The notes under the pieces are model-generated. The model was given only the letters and a program-made list of their open reading frames with translations, was not told the DNA's origin and searched no databases. 36,111 nt of DNA from Macrostomum lignano (lineage: Eukaryota): NCBI GenBank assembly GCA_002269645.1, contig NIVC01004753.1, forward strand, positions 1 to 36,111, written 5' to 3'. Each line of letters opens with the position of its first letter. Positions within the stretch are counted from its first letter, which is position 1. The position numbers and the translations under genes were made by a program. Positions 1 through 13,900 of the stretch are shown one piece after another.

Positions 1-2745
1 ATTCCCCATCTCCCTCTGTCTCTCCCTTCTCCTTCTGTCTATTCCCCATCTCACCCTGTCTATTCCTCATCTCATCCTGTCTATTCCACATCTCACCCTG
101 TCTATTCCACATCTCCTTCTGTCTATTCCCCATCTCCCTCTGTCTCTCCCTTCTCCTTCTGTCTATTCCCCATCTCGCCCTGTCTATTCCACATCTCACC
201 CTGTCTATTCCACATCTCACCCTGTCTATTCCCCATCTCATCCCGTCTATTCCCCATCTCATCCCGTCTATTCCCCATCTCATCCCGTCTATTCCCATCT
301 CACCCTGTCTATTCCCCATCTCGCCCTGTCTATTCACATCTCACCCTGTCTATTCCCCATCTCACCCTGTCTATTCCCATCTCACCCTGTCTATTCCACA
401 TCTCACCCTGTCTATTCCCTATCTCCTTCTGTCTATTCCCCATCTCCTCTGTCTCTCCCTTCTCCTTCTGTCTATTCCACATCTCACCCTATCTATTCCA
501 CATCTCACCCTGTCTATTCCCCATCTCACCCTGTCTATTCCACATCTCACCCTCTCTATTCCACTTCTCACCCTGTCTATTCCTCATCTCACCCTGTCTA
601 TTCCACATCTCAGCCTGTCTACTCTCCATCTCATCCCGTCTATTCCCCATCTCATCCCGTCTATTCCCCATCTCATCCCGTCTATTCCCCATCTCATCCC
701 GTCTATTCCCCATCTCATCCCGTCTATTCCCATCTCATCCCGTCTATTCCCCATCTCACCCTGTCTATTCCACATCTCACCCTGTCTATTCCACATCTCA
801 CCCTGTCTATTCCCCATCTCACCCTGTCTATTCCACATCTCACCCTGTCTATTCCACATCTCCTTCTGTCTATTCCCCATCTCCTCTGTCTCTCCCTTCT
901 CCTTCTGTCTATTCCACATCTCACCCTGTCTATTCCACATCTCACCCTGTCTATTCCCAATCTCACCCTGTCTATTCCACATCTCACCCTGTCTATTCCA
1001 CATCTCACCCTGTCTATTCCACATCTCACCCTGTCTATTCCACATCTCACCCTGTCTACTCTCCATCTCATCCCGTCTATTCCCCATCTCATCCCGTCTA
1101 TTCCCCATCTCATCCCGTCTATTCCCCATCTCATCCCGTCTATTCCCCATCTCATCCCGTCTATTCCCCATCTCATCCCGTCTATTCCCCATCTCACCCT
1201 GTCTATTCCACATCTCACCCTGTCTATTCCACATCTCACCCTGTCTATTCCCCATCTCATCCCGTCTGTTCCCCATCTCACCCTGTTTATTCCCCATCTC
1301 CCTCTTTCTCTCCCTTCTCCTTCTGTCTATTCCCCATCTCGCCCTGTCTATTCCACATCTCACCCTGTCTATTCCACATCTCACCCTGTCTATTCCCCAT
1401 CTCCTTCTGTCTATTCCCCATCTCCCTCTGTCTCTCCCTTCTCCTTCTGTCTATTCCCCATCTCCCTCTGTCTCTCCCTTCTCCTTCTGTCTATTCCCCA
1501 TCTCCTTCTGTCTATTCCCTATCTCCCTCTGTCTCTCCCTTCTCCTTCTGTCTATTCCCATCTCACCCTATCTATTCCCCATCTCCTTCTGTCTATTCCC
1601 CATCTCACCCTGTCTATTCCACATCTCACCCTGTCTATTCCACATCTCACCCTGTCTATTCCACATCTCACCCTGTCTATTCCCCATCTCACCCTATCTA
1701 TTCCCCATCTCCTTCTGTCTATTCCCCATCTCCCTCTGTCTCTCCCTTCTCCTTCTGTCTATTCCCCATCTCCTTCTGTCTATTCCCCATCTCCCTCTGT
1801 CTTTCCCTTCTCCTTCTTTATTCCTCATCTCACCCTGTCTATTCCCCATCTCACCCTATCTATTCCCCATCTCCTTCTGTCTATTCCCCATCTCACCCTA
1901 TCTATTCCTCATCTCACCCTGTCTATCCCCCATCTCGCCCTGTCTATTCCTCGTCTCCTTCTGTCTATTCCCCATCTCACCCTATCTATTCCCCATCTCC
2001 CTCTGTCTATTCCTCGTCTCCTTCTGTCTATTCCCCATCTCACCCTATCTATTCCCCATCTCCCTCTGTCTCTCTCATCTCCTTCTGTCTATTCCCCATC
2101 TCCCTCTGTCTCTCCCTTCCCCTGTCTATTCCCCATCTCACCCTATCTATTCCCCATCTCCTTCTGTCTATTCCCCATCTCACCCTATCTATTCCCCATC
2201 TCCTTCTGTCTATTCCCCATCTCACCCTATCTATTCCCCATCTCCTTCTGTCTATTCCCCATCTCACCCTATCTATTCCTCATCTCACCCTGTCTATCCC
2301 CATCTCGCCCTGTCTATTCCTCGTCTCCTTCTGTCTATTCCCCATCTCACCCTATCTATTCCCCATCTCCCTCTGTCTCTCCCATCTCCTTCTGTCTATT
2401 CCCCATCTCCCTCTGTCTCTCCCTTCCCCTGTCTATTCCCCATCTCACCCTATCTATTCCCCATCTCCTTCCGTCTATTCCCCATCTCACTCTATCTATT
2501 CCCCATCTCCTTCCGTCTATTCCCCATCTCACTCTATCTATTCCTCATCTCACCCTGTCTATTCCCTTTCTCACCCTATCTATTCCTCATCTCACCCTGT
2601 CTATCCCCAATCTCGCCCTGACTATTCCCCATCTCACTATGTCTATCCGCTATCTCACCCAGTCTTTTCCCGTTCTTACCCTGTCTATTCCTCATCTCGC
2701 CCTGTCTAATCCCCATTTCCCCTGTCTATCCGCTATCTCACCCTG
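1..2745. repeat. Pyrimidine-rich minisatellite, ~20-21 bp unit (CTCACCCTGTCTATTCCCCAT and variants), truncated by the window start
   Basis: Continuous tandem copies with interspersed variants (CTCATCCCGT..., CTCCTTCTGT..., CTCCCTCTGTCTCTCCCTT). It degenerates after ~2600. Confidence 0.97.
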
Positions 2746-3224
2746 GCTAGACACCTCTAGATCGCCAAGCTTAACCTATCTATCCATAGACGTGCTGCAA
2801 ACTGGAACATATTAAAGCGATCAAGTACGTCTTGGTAACACGAATTTAAAGTTCCTTAAAAGTACACACTGACCCATAGCCGTCCCTGGGCTGTCCCAGC
2901 AGCTAAGGCAGGTTGAACAGCGAGTATCAAAACTAATAGGAAACCGGTCTCTTGGCGGACTTACTTCAAGCTGGGAAAGGAAGGAAGGAGAAGAGAGCGG
3001 AGTGGACGGAAAGAGATTCTGCTCCACCTTGGCAGCGTCAGTCACAGCCTCGAGCATAATTTAAAACTGTTGTATGAAGAGAGCCGGAGCTAAAGAGTGG
3101 CCACTTCAATCGGCTTGGCTCAAGCTAAAATGCTTGGCTATATTTTTTCCTTGAGGTTTATCAATGAATCAAATTTATTTCAATCTAATTCTGAGAAGTT
3201 AGGCTTAAATTTACTAGATTTTAA

Positions 3225-3350
3225 TGGATGAGAAAGAGGGAGGAGGGTGAGAAGGAGGAAGAGTCGGAGGGTGAGAATGAGGGAGAGTGGAAGGGTGAGA
3301 AGAAGGGAGAGTGGAAGGGTGAGAATGAGGGAGAGTGGAAGGGTGAGAAG
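3225..3350. repeat. Purine-rich 24-bp tandem repeat (GAGTGGAAGGGTGAGAATGAGGGA-like)
   Basis: About 5 imperfect copies visible. Confidence 0.8.
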
Positions 3351-3659
3351 GCGGGCCGCGGTGACCCTGGACACCGACTGATCCGGTAGGTTATTCGAAC
3401 CGGTCGAATAGTTAATTGGGCGGTCAAAGGTAAAAATGAAATAAGTACTTTATAATTACTTTGCACAGTGAGGGCGTCTCCACACGGTCAGTGAAGCAAT
3501 TATTTAATGGGGTTATTTCGCTCAAGAACTCTAATTACTGTCTTCGTTTATTGAATTGAGTCTTCAGTCACACTTTCCGAAGTGATTATACCCCAAATCT
3601 GTGAGCAGGATTCAATCAATTTCGTATTGTATAACATCTAACCTGCCCTGTCTCAGCGA

Positions 3660-3799
3660 CCTATTCTCCTCTCCTTTCTAACCCCCTCTCTTCTCCAGTT
3701 TTCCCTCTCTTTTCTGCCCTTTCTCCTAGTCTCCTTCCTCTATTCTCTCTCTCCTAGTCTCCTTCCCCTCTTCTCTCTCTCTCCTAATCTCCTTCCTCT

Positions 3800-3855
<56 letters not shown>

Positions 3856-4000
3856 TCTATTCTCCTTCCTCTCATCTCTCTCCTAGTCTCCTTCCTCTCT
3901 TCTCTCGCCTAGTCTCCTTCCTCTCTTCTCTCTCCTAGTCTCCTTCCTCCATTTTCTCTTTCCTCCCTCACATTTCCCTCTCCTCCCCTCTTTTCGGCCC
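3660..4000. repeat. CT-rich low-complexity tract with (TC)n core
   Basis: Pure (TC)n near 3805-3855, flanked by CTCTCTCCTAGTCTCCTTCCT units. Confidence 0.9.
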
Positions 4001-4041
4001 TCTCAAGCAATTAACTTGTTCGCTGCTTCTCAAATTTTCAG

Positions 4042-4109
4042 CCAAGGTGCTGGACATTGGCATGGAAGTGGTCATAGCAAGTTTCGACAGCATATCGGAG
4101 GTTAACATG
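4042..4109 (+). CDS. Lcch3: GABA receptor beta-like exon (68 bp)
   Basis: ttttcAG acceptor at 4040-41 and GTGAGA donor at 4110; encodes [22 protein letters not shown]. Confidence 0.9.
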
Positions 4110-4666
4110 GTGAGAAAATGTTGCCGGAACTCTTCCGCCAAATCACATTCAGTCCCCGGCGTGCCTCTAGTCGATTTTCTATGGATTTTTTAGGAGAAAA
4201 ATAGCATTGCACAGATTTAGTCTTTTTCTCAAAGTCCGCACAAGCGCATGACCCCGTCTTCGCTTGAGGTCATGCCGACAATAAATTGGTGCATAAGAAA
4301 CCTTCTCAAGGAAAATCGGTTATAAATAAAATGCAACAGAAAAGTTCAACTGGGTGTTACAGTCAGTTTCTAGCAGAAAAAGGCTGATTGGAATCAGTGC
4401 CGGATCTGTAAACTCTAGCAGATTTTTCTTCCTGCATCGGCACGAAATGTAAATAAGACTACAGGACCGCAATGCACTGCTGGTTAACTGGAAATTATAT
4501 TGCATTCTGCATATTGTTTTCATTCAGCCCCTGTCTGTCTTACTGACTGACTTTCAGTCTAGCATTGTCTTCTATCTCCTCTCCTGATCTCCGCTCTTCG
4601 TCTTTTGTCTCCATCTGCTTACATTCTTCTTTCCATGGTTTCATGTCTTTCTGTCCGGCAGTGTCA

Positions 4667-4728
<62 letters not shown>

Positions 4729-4765
4729 GTGTCTGTCTGTGTGTCTGTCTGTCTGTCTGTCTGTG

Positions 4766-4812
<47 letters not shown>

Positions 4813-4813
4813 G

Positions 4814-4876
<63 letters not shown>

Positions 4877-4877
4877 G

Positions 4878-4968
<91 letters not shown>

Positions 4969-7900
4969 GTGTCTGTCTGTGTGTCTGTCTGTCTGTCTGT
5001 CTGTGACTTTCTATCCCTCCCAATGCCTGTCTGTCAGTGCCTGTCTTTACCACTGTCTCTCTCAGAGTCTGTCTGTCATGCGGTGCAGTTCGGTAGTCCG
5101 GAACCATTTTCCACACCTCATTGCACCGATGTCTCTGTCGGAGTCTGAGTAGGAATATCAGCCCTGGCCGGCGCTACATTGAGCTCAATTTCGAATCTAA
5201 TGAGTCTCATCTGCGGCCCGCTGCACTTAGCAATTCCGAACTCTGTCTAGAAAAGCTACAACTCTGTCTGCTGGGTATAGAGATATAGATGCATGTACTT
5301 TTTAACTGCTCGGATTTCTTCCAAGTGGAGAGAAAGGAAAGAAGATGCTCATAGCTAGGCACTGTAGTGCAGAATCCGTTGTTAAAGATGTGTATCGTAA
5401 ATAATTTTCAAACAATTATGGAACGTAATTATTGTAGAAAATGAATTTCTTATTTAATCTATACAATATGTTAGCTCCTAGCTTATCTGACTAAATTTTT
5501 TTTAATTTAGTACGTTGGTACTAGTATTGTGAGCATACACAGAATTGAGCCTAGGACTCTTGGAACAAGAGTGCGATGTACTCAACCGCTCTGTGGCATC
5601 GAGACGGCGTGATGAAGCTGCACCGCTATCGCTAGTTATTTGATCGTCTATAGTCTAAGAGCTTAAGTGAAGGTCCGTCCAAGTCGAGAGACATCAAAGG
5701 AGCCGCAACCTTTCTCTCATCTGAAAATTTGATTACATATAAGAGCCTGATTTTCTATTAAACCATCCTAACAGACATTGTGACTCACTGTGATTGACGG
5801 ATTGCCCAAAAAGCTACCGGGGGGGGGATGTGTCAAAGCGCTCAATGAATGGGCTGCTTATGTACCTCTCAAATATTTTAAGCTTTAATAATAAAATCCT
5901 GTGATTAATGGTTTAGCGAGAATAATGATTTATGAGTCTGAGTTATTAAGTTGATTGCCTTTTTTTCAATTTCTCAGGACTATACTATCACAATGTACTT
6001 GAACCAGTACTGGACAGACAACAGGCTAGCATTTGACATTCGTAATGCAAATAAATCAATGACTTTAACCGGAGAATTTGCCAGCAAGATCTGGGTGCCA
6101 GATACTTTCATTGCGAACGACAAGCATTCATTTTTGCACGACGTCACCGAGCAGAACAAGATGGTGCGGCTGTATGGCGACGGGAGAATCATCTACGGAA
6201 TGCGGTCAGCACGGTTTTGGGACTGGGGTGTGGGATTGGGCATAGCGGAGCAGTGATTGAGGTGGATGCAGTGGGGCAAGGAGTGAGGTGGGTGCACTGG
6301 GGCAGGGAGTGAGGTGGGTGTAGCGGGGCAGGGAGTGAGGTGGGTGTAGCGGGGCAGGGAGTGAGGTGGGTGTAGCGGGGCAGGGAGTGAGGTGGGTGTA
6401 GCGGGGCAGGGAGTGAGGTGGGTGTAGCGGGGCAGGGAGTGAGGTGGGCGCAGCTGAAAAGGAAGTGAGCTATAGATGGTATAGTATAGCAATAAAAAAT
6501 CAAGCAGACTAGCACCTAATCATTTCCAGTTTATACGTACCCAATTGCAGGTTCACCACCACCTTGGCTTGCATGATGGACTTGCACTATTACCCACTGG
6601 ATGTACAGAACTGCACCGTTGAGATTGAAAGCTGTAAGCTGCGACAGACGTGCTTGTTTAATCTATAAGGATGTCTGTTCAATCGTTACCTCACTTCAGC
6701 ACCCGACATCCACCTCACTCCACCACCTATCTCACCCTAGATGGCTACCCAACGGAAGACGTGACAATGCAATGGAAAAACGGTCAATCGGCAGTCGACG
6801 GTGCTGATCGCGTGAAAATGCCTCAGTTCACGCTGGAACATTTTGAAGTTAGCACAACCACCATATCATTGTCGACAGGTGCGTCGAATTTTAATCCACA
6901 ATGCACTGGTTGAACTGGCTCGTATAGGACAGGGATCTAGAACAGGAATCTAGAACAGGGATCTAGACCAGGGATCTACACCCACCTAGAACAGGGATCT
7001 AGAAAAAGGAATGGGCAAACTTTTTACCTCAAAGGCCAGGTAGAGAACCTAGCGCGTGACTTCGGACCAGAGAAGGGGAGAGGAGAGGTCAAGGCGCATT
7101 GAGTTCTAATTTGAGCTCTAAAATCTTAGGCTTACCGGTTTCAAGCCTCTGGGTCAAGCGTAAAAATTAACGTTTAATGCAATGCAAGTTTGCCTTTTAA
7201 GTAGGATTTTTGTCGGTCTGATGAAATACATATGAGTACATCTAATAATCTGTGCTATTTGCTCAACCTTGTCACAAAGTTTACAATCGAGTGGTTGGGA
7301 GTGAGAGAGTGCTCTGATCCTGACGTAACAGTTCTCCTGTTAATGTTTGACCTGTGCTGGTTCATTCACTCTCTCATCTATCTCTCTCTCTCAGGAGAGG
7401 GAATAGAGAAGAGAGAAGAGAGATGAGAAAAAAATGAAGGAGACGAGAAGAGAGATAATGAAATAGAATAGGAGAGAGGAGAGAAGAAGAGAAGAGAAGG
7501 GACAGGAGAGGAGGGGAGAAAAGAGAGGAGAGAGGATAAAAAAGAGGAAACCTGTGAAGAGACACAAACCATGAGCGGGCCGGATTGGTATTGTGAAGTT
7601 TCAAAGGACCCGAGGGCCGGATAGAGAGGCTTCGCGGGCCGGATTTTGCCGACCCCTGATGTAGGAGACTAAGTATATGATAATTTGAAACCGAAGTTCA
7701 ATTCTTGAGGGAGCGATGGAAACCAAGTTACAAGTTAACTTAATTAGCATTTGATCAGAGGACAGACGGACAGACAAGACCGACCCGCTTTGGCCGTGTT
7801 TCACGAAGCTCAATCCGGATCAGGGCCCAAAAAAATAAATGAGCTTTTTTAGATACTATAAAATGTAGGCTGTTGGACTCAAAAAAGGGAGAAGGGGAGA

Positions 7901-10900
7901 AAAAACAGACAGCTTCATTGGCTACCCTGACAGTTTGGGAAGAGCGCCACGAGAGAGAGAGGGGGGAGGAGAGAGGGCAGTGGGGCTTTAGCTTGGATAC
8001 CCGGCAGTGAGTCCGGCTAGGAAGTGAGAGAGAGAGAAGAGGAAAACTCGTATAAGAGATGCAGCTTCCAGCATCCAAGCCCAGGCTCTCTTCACCCCCC
8101 CCATCCAAAGTCCCTAGTCCGGTGTTCCGGCCGGTTCCTATATCATACTACTTCTCTCCTACCGCACCCATGGGATGCGGCTGCGGGGGATAAGCTAGGG
8201 AAGAGCTGGAGAGGCTTTAGAGAAAGAGAAGAAGAAGATTATGCGAGTTTAGTTGAGCTCGGGCGAGCTGGCCGAATCTAAGGAGGATTTATTGCTGTTC
8301 AAACCGAGCGCTCCAAAATCCCGGAGTTGGGGAGCGGGGGAGGGGGGGTGGTGCCAAAGGCGTGCCACCGAACTTGGGCGGCTCAATTTCCATGCCATGT
8401 GCTCAACAGGCCCGGTCGATGAGCTAATATGATGGGGCCCGGGGACGCGGGATCTGTATGAAGAGAAGTCAACATGGCTGACTGTGGGTGAGACTGGGAA
8501 TCTTGATAGCTTTATATCCATCTGTTAGCTTCATGCATATCAACACTGAGTAACTGAGAATGTGTCCCGGGCAAGTGGACTCGCTGTGCAACTGCAGCAC
8601 ATCGATCCATTAGGGTGTGCTCAGGGACAGAAATGTGCCAATGAAAGATGCAGCATATTTTATTGCCAGTCTCCGGAGAACTGAGAGACCCAATACTCAA
8701 ACTTTTTTTTTTCTCTCTTGCTCGAATGAGATTTGGGAATTTTCTAAGAAATCGCTGACACCGAAAAACATTGCCCGTAGGACAACGTGTAAACTCTGTC
8801 ACAAGTTCTTAAGAGGCGAATTGAAGACGATGATCATAAATTGACTCAGCGAAAATATAAATGGAGTAACTCAAGGATAGAATCAGGGATAGACTCAGGG
8901 ATAGAATCAGGGATAGAATCAAGGATAGAATCGGGGATAGAATCAAGGATAGAATCGGGGATAGAATCAAGGATAGAATCAGGGATAGAATCAACGATAG
9001 AATCGGGGATAGAATCAAGGATAGAATCGGGGATAGAATCAAGCATAGAATCGGGGATAGACTCAAGGATAGAATCGGGGATAGAATCAAGCATAGAATC
9101 GGGGATAGAATCAACGATAGAATCAGGGATAGACTCAAGGATAGAATCAGGGATAGAATCAAGGATAGAATCGGGGATATAATCAAGGATAGAATCAGGG
9201 ATAGAATCAACGATAGAATCAGGGATAGACTCAAGGATAGACTCAGGGATAGAATCAAGAATAAACTCAATGATAGACTCGTGGATAGAATCAAGGATAG
9301 AATCGGGGATAGACTCAGGGATAGACTCGTGGATAGAATCAAGAATAGAATCTGGGATACACTCGTATAGGCAAGAATAGAATTAGGTTTAGAGTCAGAC
9401 GTAAATTCTGGGATTAAATCAATAGGATAAATGAAAACAAAGATGAAAGGGTGGATTCTCATAGTTCAGTTAATATCTGCGCTATACAGAATCAGCTACG
9501 GAGCACGTGATGGAATTTCGGAACAAGATGAGGCTAGCTAGGGCACAATGTCTCAGCACCACCGCCTCAGGGATATATCTGTGTAAACACTCGGCACTTC
9601 AAAGTACAAAGCTTGAGCGGGCTTGAAGGAAAAGAATATCTGGGGAGGGAGTGAAAATCCCGCTGCGCCGAAAAGTTTCTGAAGCTGCCGAGACTTCTAG
9701 CACCTCCGGGCAACTAAAGCATATTAATCTGCCCGGCCCTGGCCTACCCGCTCTTACAAGCTGCGCCCTTGCCCCCCCCTCTCTCTCTACACGGCAATTC
9801 AATAATGTTATAGCCGGCCCCTGTGTCCTCGCCGCTCTGTAATCCGATAATGCGACGCATTTTAGCTGTTCTCTCACCCCGCCACCGCCGCCGCAGTCCT
9901 TGCGGTGCCGATTCCCTCCGTCACTGAGAGAAACAGCGCGGTGGCCGCGACTGGCGGCGGAGTGGGATAGAAGCTAAAAAATACTATTATCATTAAGGCC
10001 GCACACATGCATCTCTCGCTTTCACTGATATGATGCTACTACAGGTCGGAGAGTCAGTAGATAATTGCTCAGATAAGCGAGTGACCTGTGGTCTGAGGGG
10101 TGAGGGGCCGACTTGAGACGCTCCAATTAGAGTATGTGGTCACTTGCTAATTATTTACCCTATGTCTGTACATAAGCAAGTTCCATTGTGTTCATTTGTC
10201 TGAGAACCAACCGACAGAATTTTGATTAATAATAATTTGCCGGTCGATAATCTCCCACTATAAGAATCTGACCTCAATAATTTTAACCCGCGTTAATTTA
10301 AGATAATTATCCCACTCGGACAAACTCATCCCCATAACCTCACCCCAATAATGCCACTCCGATAATCTCACCCCGACAATCTCACTTCGATAATCTCACT
10401 CCAATAATCTTACCCCGATCATCTCACCCCGATAATCGCAGCACGATAAACTCATATCAAAAGTTACCCAAATTCTGCAGCAATAATCCCAACTGCCATG
10501 AAAACCACCCCAGTGAGGCAGAGCAGCTCAGCGCCAAACGCGTCTGACTCGACCCCTGGTTCGACTCCGTGAGTATAGCCCCATTAATTTGAGGCTCGGC
10601 ACGAAAAATTGAGACCGGGGTTGTTGTGACATTCACACCCATGAGTGCCAACCTCTTCGATGGCACGCCTTACGTGCGTGATTGGTTTAGATTGATTTGC
10701 ACCCACTGTCCCAGCCGCGCTCTGAGATTTTGGACAATGAAAACAGAACCGAAAAATTATCAATCAACTGCATGCCCTTCAAGACTTCTCCAAGAAGCTC
10801 CCCTCATCCAATTGACTTTCAAAGAAGAAGCTTTGCAATGCAATCGAATCCAAGAACAGATTGCAGCTATGGGGCTTCTGGAAATCTTGTTTTCTTTTCT

Positions 10901-13900
10901 TGGAAATCCCTAAGTCTCGCTTTCTACCCTTATTCCTCTCTTTCCCTTCTGACGCTTCATCAAGTTCACGGGGGCCTGGCATGAGGATCTAAGATTCCTT
11001 TGGGCTTCGAGCTTCTGGTCGCTAATTGCTTGTTGCTGGCCTCCGATGCGCGGAGGGTTTCCAAGTCCATTCTGGCAGGCCGGCCGAAATCCCCCTCCAC
11101 CTCTTCCTGTGTCCATCCCGGCTTGCAATTCCCTCTGTTGAGTGACGCGTGAGCGACCTCCCCCCCACCCCCCAGGATTTTGGCACTTTCAGTCAGTCTA
11201 CTGGAAGAGAGAATTGTTGAATCGGGCGGCCCAACGCGAACACGTAGACCTGACAGAATCACACGCTTCCTTTCCAAGGGGAGCTTCTTTTTTCTCTCCG
11301 ATGTTTCGCCTCAGCTCCCGTTTCCATCTCTGTTTAGTGCATTAAAGTGTCCCGCGGTGTTGATGCGTCTGGCAAGCAAGGGCGATAAACAGTGCTTCAG
11401 AAATGAAGATAGAGAAGAAATAATGGGGCCTACAGATGAAGAAACAGGTTGCAGAAATATAATAGCTGTACTTTACTCATTTGTCAGAGCCGTGATAACG
11501 TTTCTTGTCTGTCAGATAACTATAAAAGAAAGTCTTAGAAAATCTTTGGCTACTGTTATCAGCAAAAAAACAACTTTCCAAGAGTAAATATTTGAACTTT
11601 TTTTCGAATGGCATCCGCAGAGAGTCGAGTTAATGAAAAAGTCGAAGTAAGGCATCGCTTTTTAACTTTGTACGTAGAGCTAATTTAAATTGGATTGAAA
11701 TGCACTTAGTGTACTCAATATCCGCCTTAAATTTTTATTGGTTCGAGGGTAGGAGAATTCAGGGGTGAGGGGCTACGACTCCGCATTCTCGACCTTAATT
11801 CTGATTGGCTGAAGCCACTCACGGAGGGGTTGAAAATTTGGGGGTGAGGGCTGCGACTCCGCATTTCCGACCTTAATTCTGATTGGCTGAAGCCACTCAC
11901 GGAGGGGTAGAAAATTTGGGGGTGAGGGGCTGCGACTCCGCATTCCTTATTTTATTGGCTGAAGCCTGAAGGCTCTACATATAATTTTTTAGGTCCGTTA
12001 TTACACTGGTTTTCCGAAATTTCACTTAATTTATTTTCAATTTTCCACAGGCTCCTATCAGCGACTGTCGCTCATCTTTAGACTCCGCAGAAATGTTGGC
12101 TTCTTTGTATTCCAAACGTACCTGCCGTCCATTCTAATCGTTATGCTGTCCTGGGTGTCATTCTGGATTAATCACGAGGCAACTTCGGCTCGCGTAGCAC
12201 TCGGTATGTACGCGTGTATCGCTACTCATGGCAGTAGTAGTATAGCAGTATAGCACTATTGGAGACGGTAGTTCTGGGCGTTTTCTGCTTGGATTTCTTG
12301 TAGAATGCATCGAATAGGAAGCATACGTAAATTGTATCCGTCGAAAACTGCATTCGAATCGAGCACATAGCCCTTGAAATTAGGCAGAAATAAGTAAGAG
12401 AAATAAAAATCGCGGATAAAATCTTTATTATATCAGGAAATGTTTTATTTAGCTGCTCTCATATCAAGGTAAACTACTCGTAGTTCGGGTTCCCAGCCGT
12501 TACATTTTATAATTTACCGATAAACTGCTTCTCCGTTACTATATTACTACAGGCATCACCACCGTTCTCACCATGACTACAATCAGCACAGGCGTTCGTT
12601 CCTCCCTGCCTCGTATCAGCTACGTAAAAGCCATAGACATTTACCTGGTGATGTGTTTTGTGTTTGTGTTCGCCGCTCTGCTGGAGTACGCCATGGTGAA
12701 TTACACTTATTGGGGCGCCAGGGCCAAGCGGAAGGCCAAACGGTTGAGAGACGCCAGCAGCGGAAATAACACACGAGGCAACTGCTCTGGAGACTTCATT
12801 GACAACTCGGTGAGGCCTCCTGCTAGGGATAAAAAATTCTCTGTTTAACCGGCTTAGTTTTAGTAGTATTTTACGAGCTAGAAGTATTTGAGAGCTTAAC
12901 TAGTTGGATTATAATTGGCTTGCGTACATTTCTGGGTAGAGTAGAATTTTCGAAACCAAAGCTTTGGGCTCTGATTGGCTGACAGGGAGTAGAAAAGAAG
13001 GTCTGAGTCAACGAGATGGGTTCTGATTGGCTGACATGGGGTATAGAGAACTTTTTTTAGCCAATAAAGTCGGACTCGGATTGGCTGACCCTAAAGCAGC
13101 ATTTTAGATCCTAGAAACGGTGTTTCTTATTGGTATAGCCAGATCGGCGTTCATATGGCTTTATCTGTCTGGTTTCAGAACACAGAGCTTTTTTAGTGCG
13201 TAGCCAAAACACCATGAGTGTCAAAATTAGGGCTCTAAAACCTTTTAAAGAAGGATTTAACTTAACGTAACCTCATCCGCATGCCTTAGTACTTTTCCTG
13301 TCAGCTAAGTTGTTCTCTGATTGTCTCCATCAAACTCCTCTCTGCAGCACTCGGGCGTTGATCTGAACAATCAGCGCATGTCGCCGATAATTGGCCTACG
13401 AATTCGACGCTTGAATCAGCAGCTGCACCAGCAGCAGCAGCAGCAGCAAAGCGAAGACGAAAGCCGAGAAGAGGAGACCAGCATTCAGTCGTGCCCTCAG
13501 CAGCAGCAGCAGCAGCCGGAGCCGCCGCCTCCATCATCCGTGCCCGTCTACCCGATGAGTCCCCATGTGCCCTACATCAGCCGGCCGGGCTGCTACCTGG
13601 GCGCCAGTGGATCTGGTCTCGGCGGCAGCAGCGGCGGCAGCGGAGGCGTCGGCGGCGGCATTGCAGGCGTTGGTCGCAGCTACCTTCGCCAGCGTCGCGT
13701 AACCGCTGGCAGCCTTGGTGGGGGCGGCTTCGACAGGCGGCATCAGCACCAGCGAGCGGCTGCCGCGGTCATCGGGCAGCAGCTACGACAGCGGGCGTTG
13801 CAGATCCGGGCGCGAATGCCGCGCATCAAGGATGTGAACAAGATTGACAAGTACTCCAGGCTGGCCTTCCCGTCGCTGTTCGTCCTGTTCAACCTGTGCT

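Noticed and set aside
489-2267. ORFs with MGNRRDE / GIDRVR repeats
   Set aside because: Translations of the 21-bp minisatellite in several frames; no coding evidence.
2821-3057. 78-aa minus-strand ORF MLEAVTDAAK...
   Set aside because: No recognisable motif; it may be a TE fragment but I cannot support that. I found no upstream GABA receptor exon (YDxRxRP-type) in 2750-4040.
4565-5152. VCLS / TDRQ repeat ORFs
   Set aside because: Translations of the (TGTC)n microsatellite.
8809-9462. LSLI / IESG repeat ORFs
   Set aside because: Translations of the 12-bp minisatellite.
10517-10590. Functional tRNA gene
   Set aside because: A and B boxes are present, but I could not fold acceptor and anticodon stems.
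13301-13847. Minus-strand Ala/Arg-rich ORFs; alternative acceptor at 13303-04
   Set aside because: The ORFs are antisense shadows of the GC-rich terminal exon; that acceptor is out of frame with M4.
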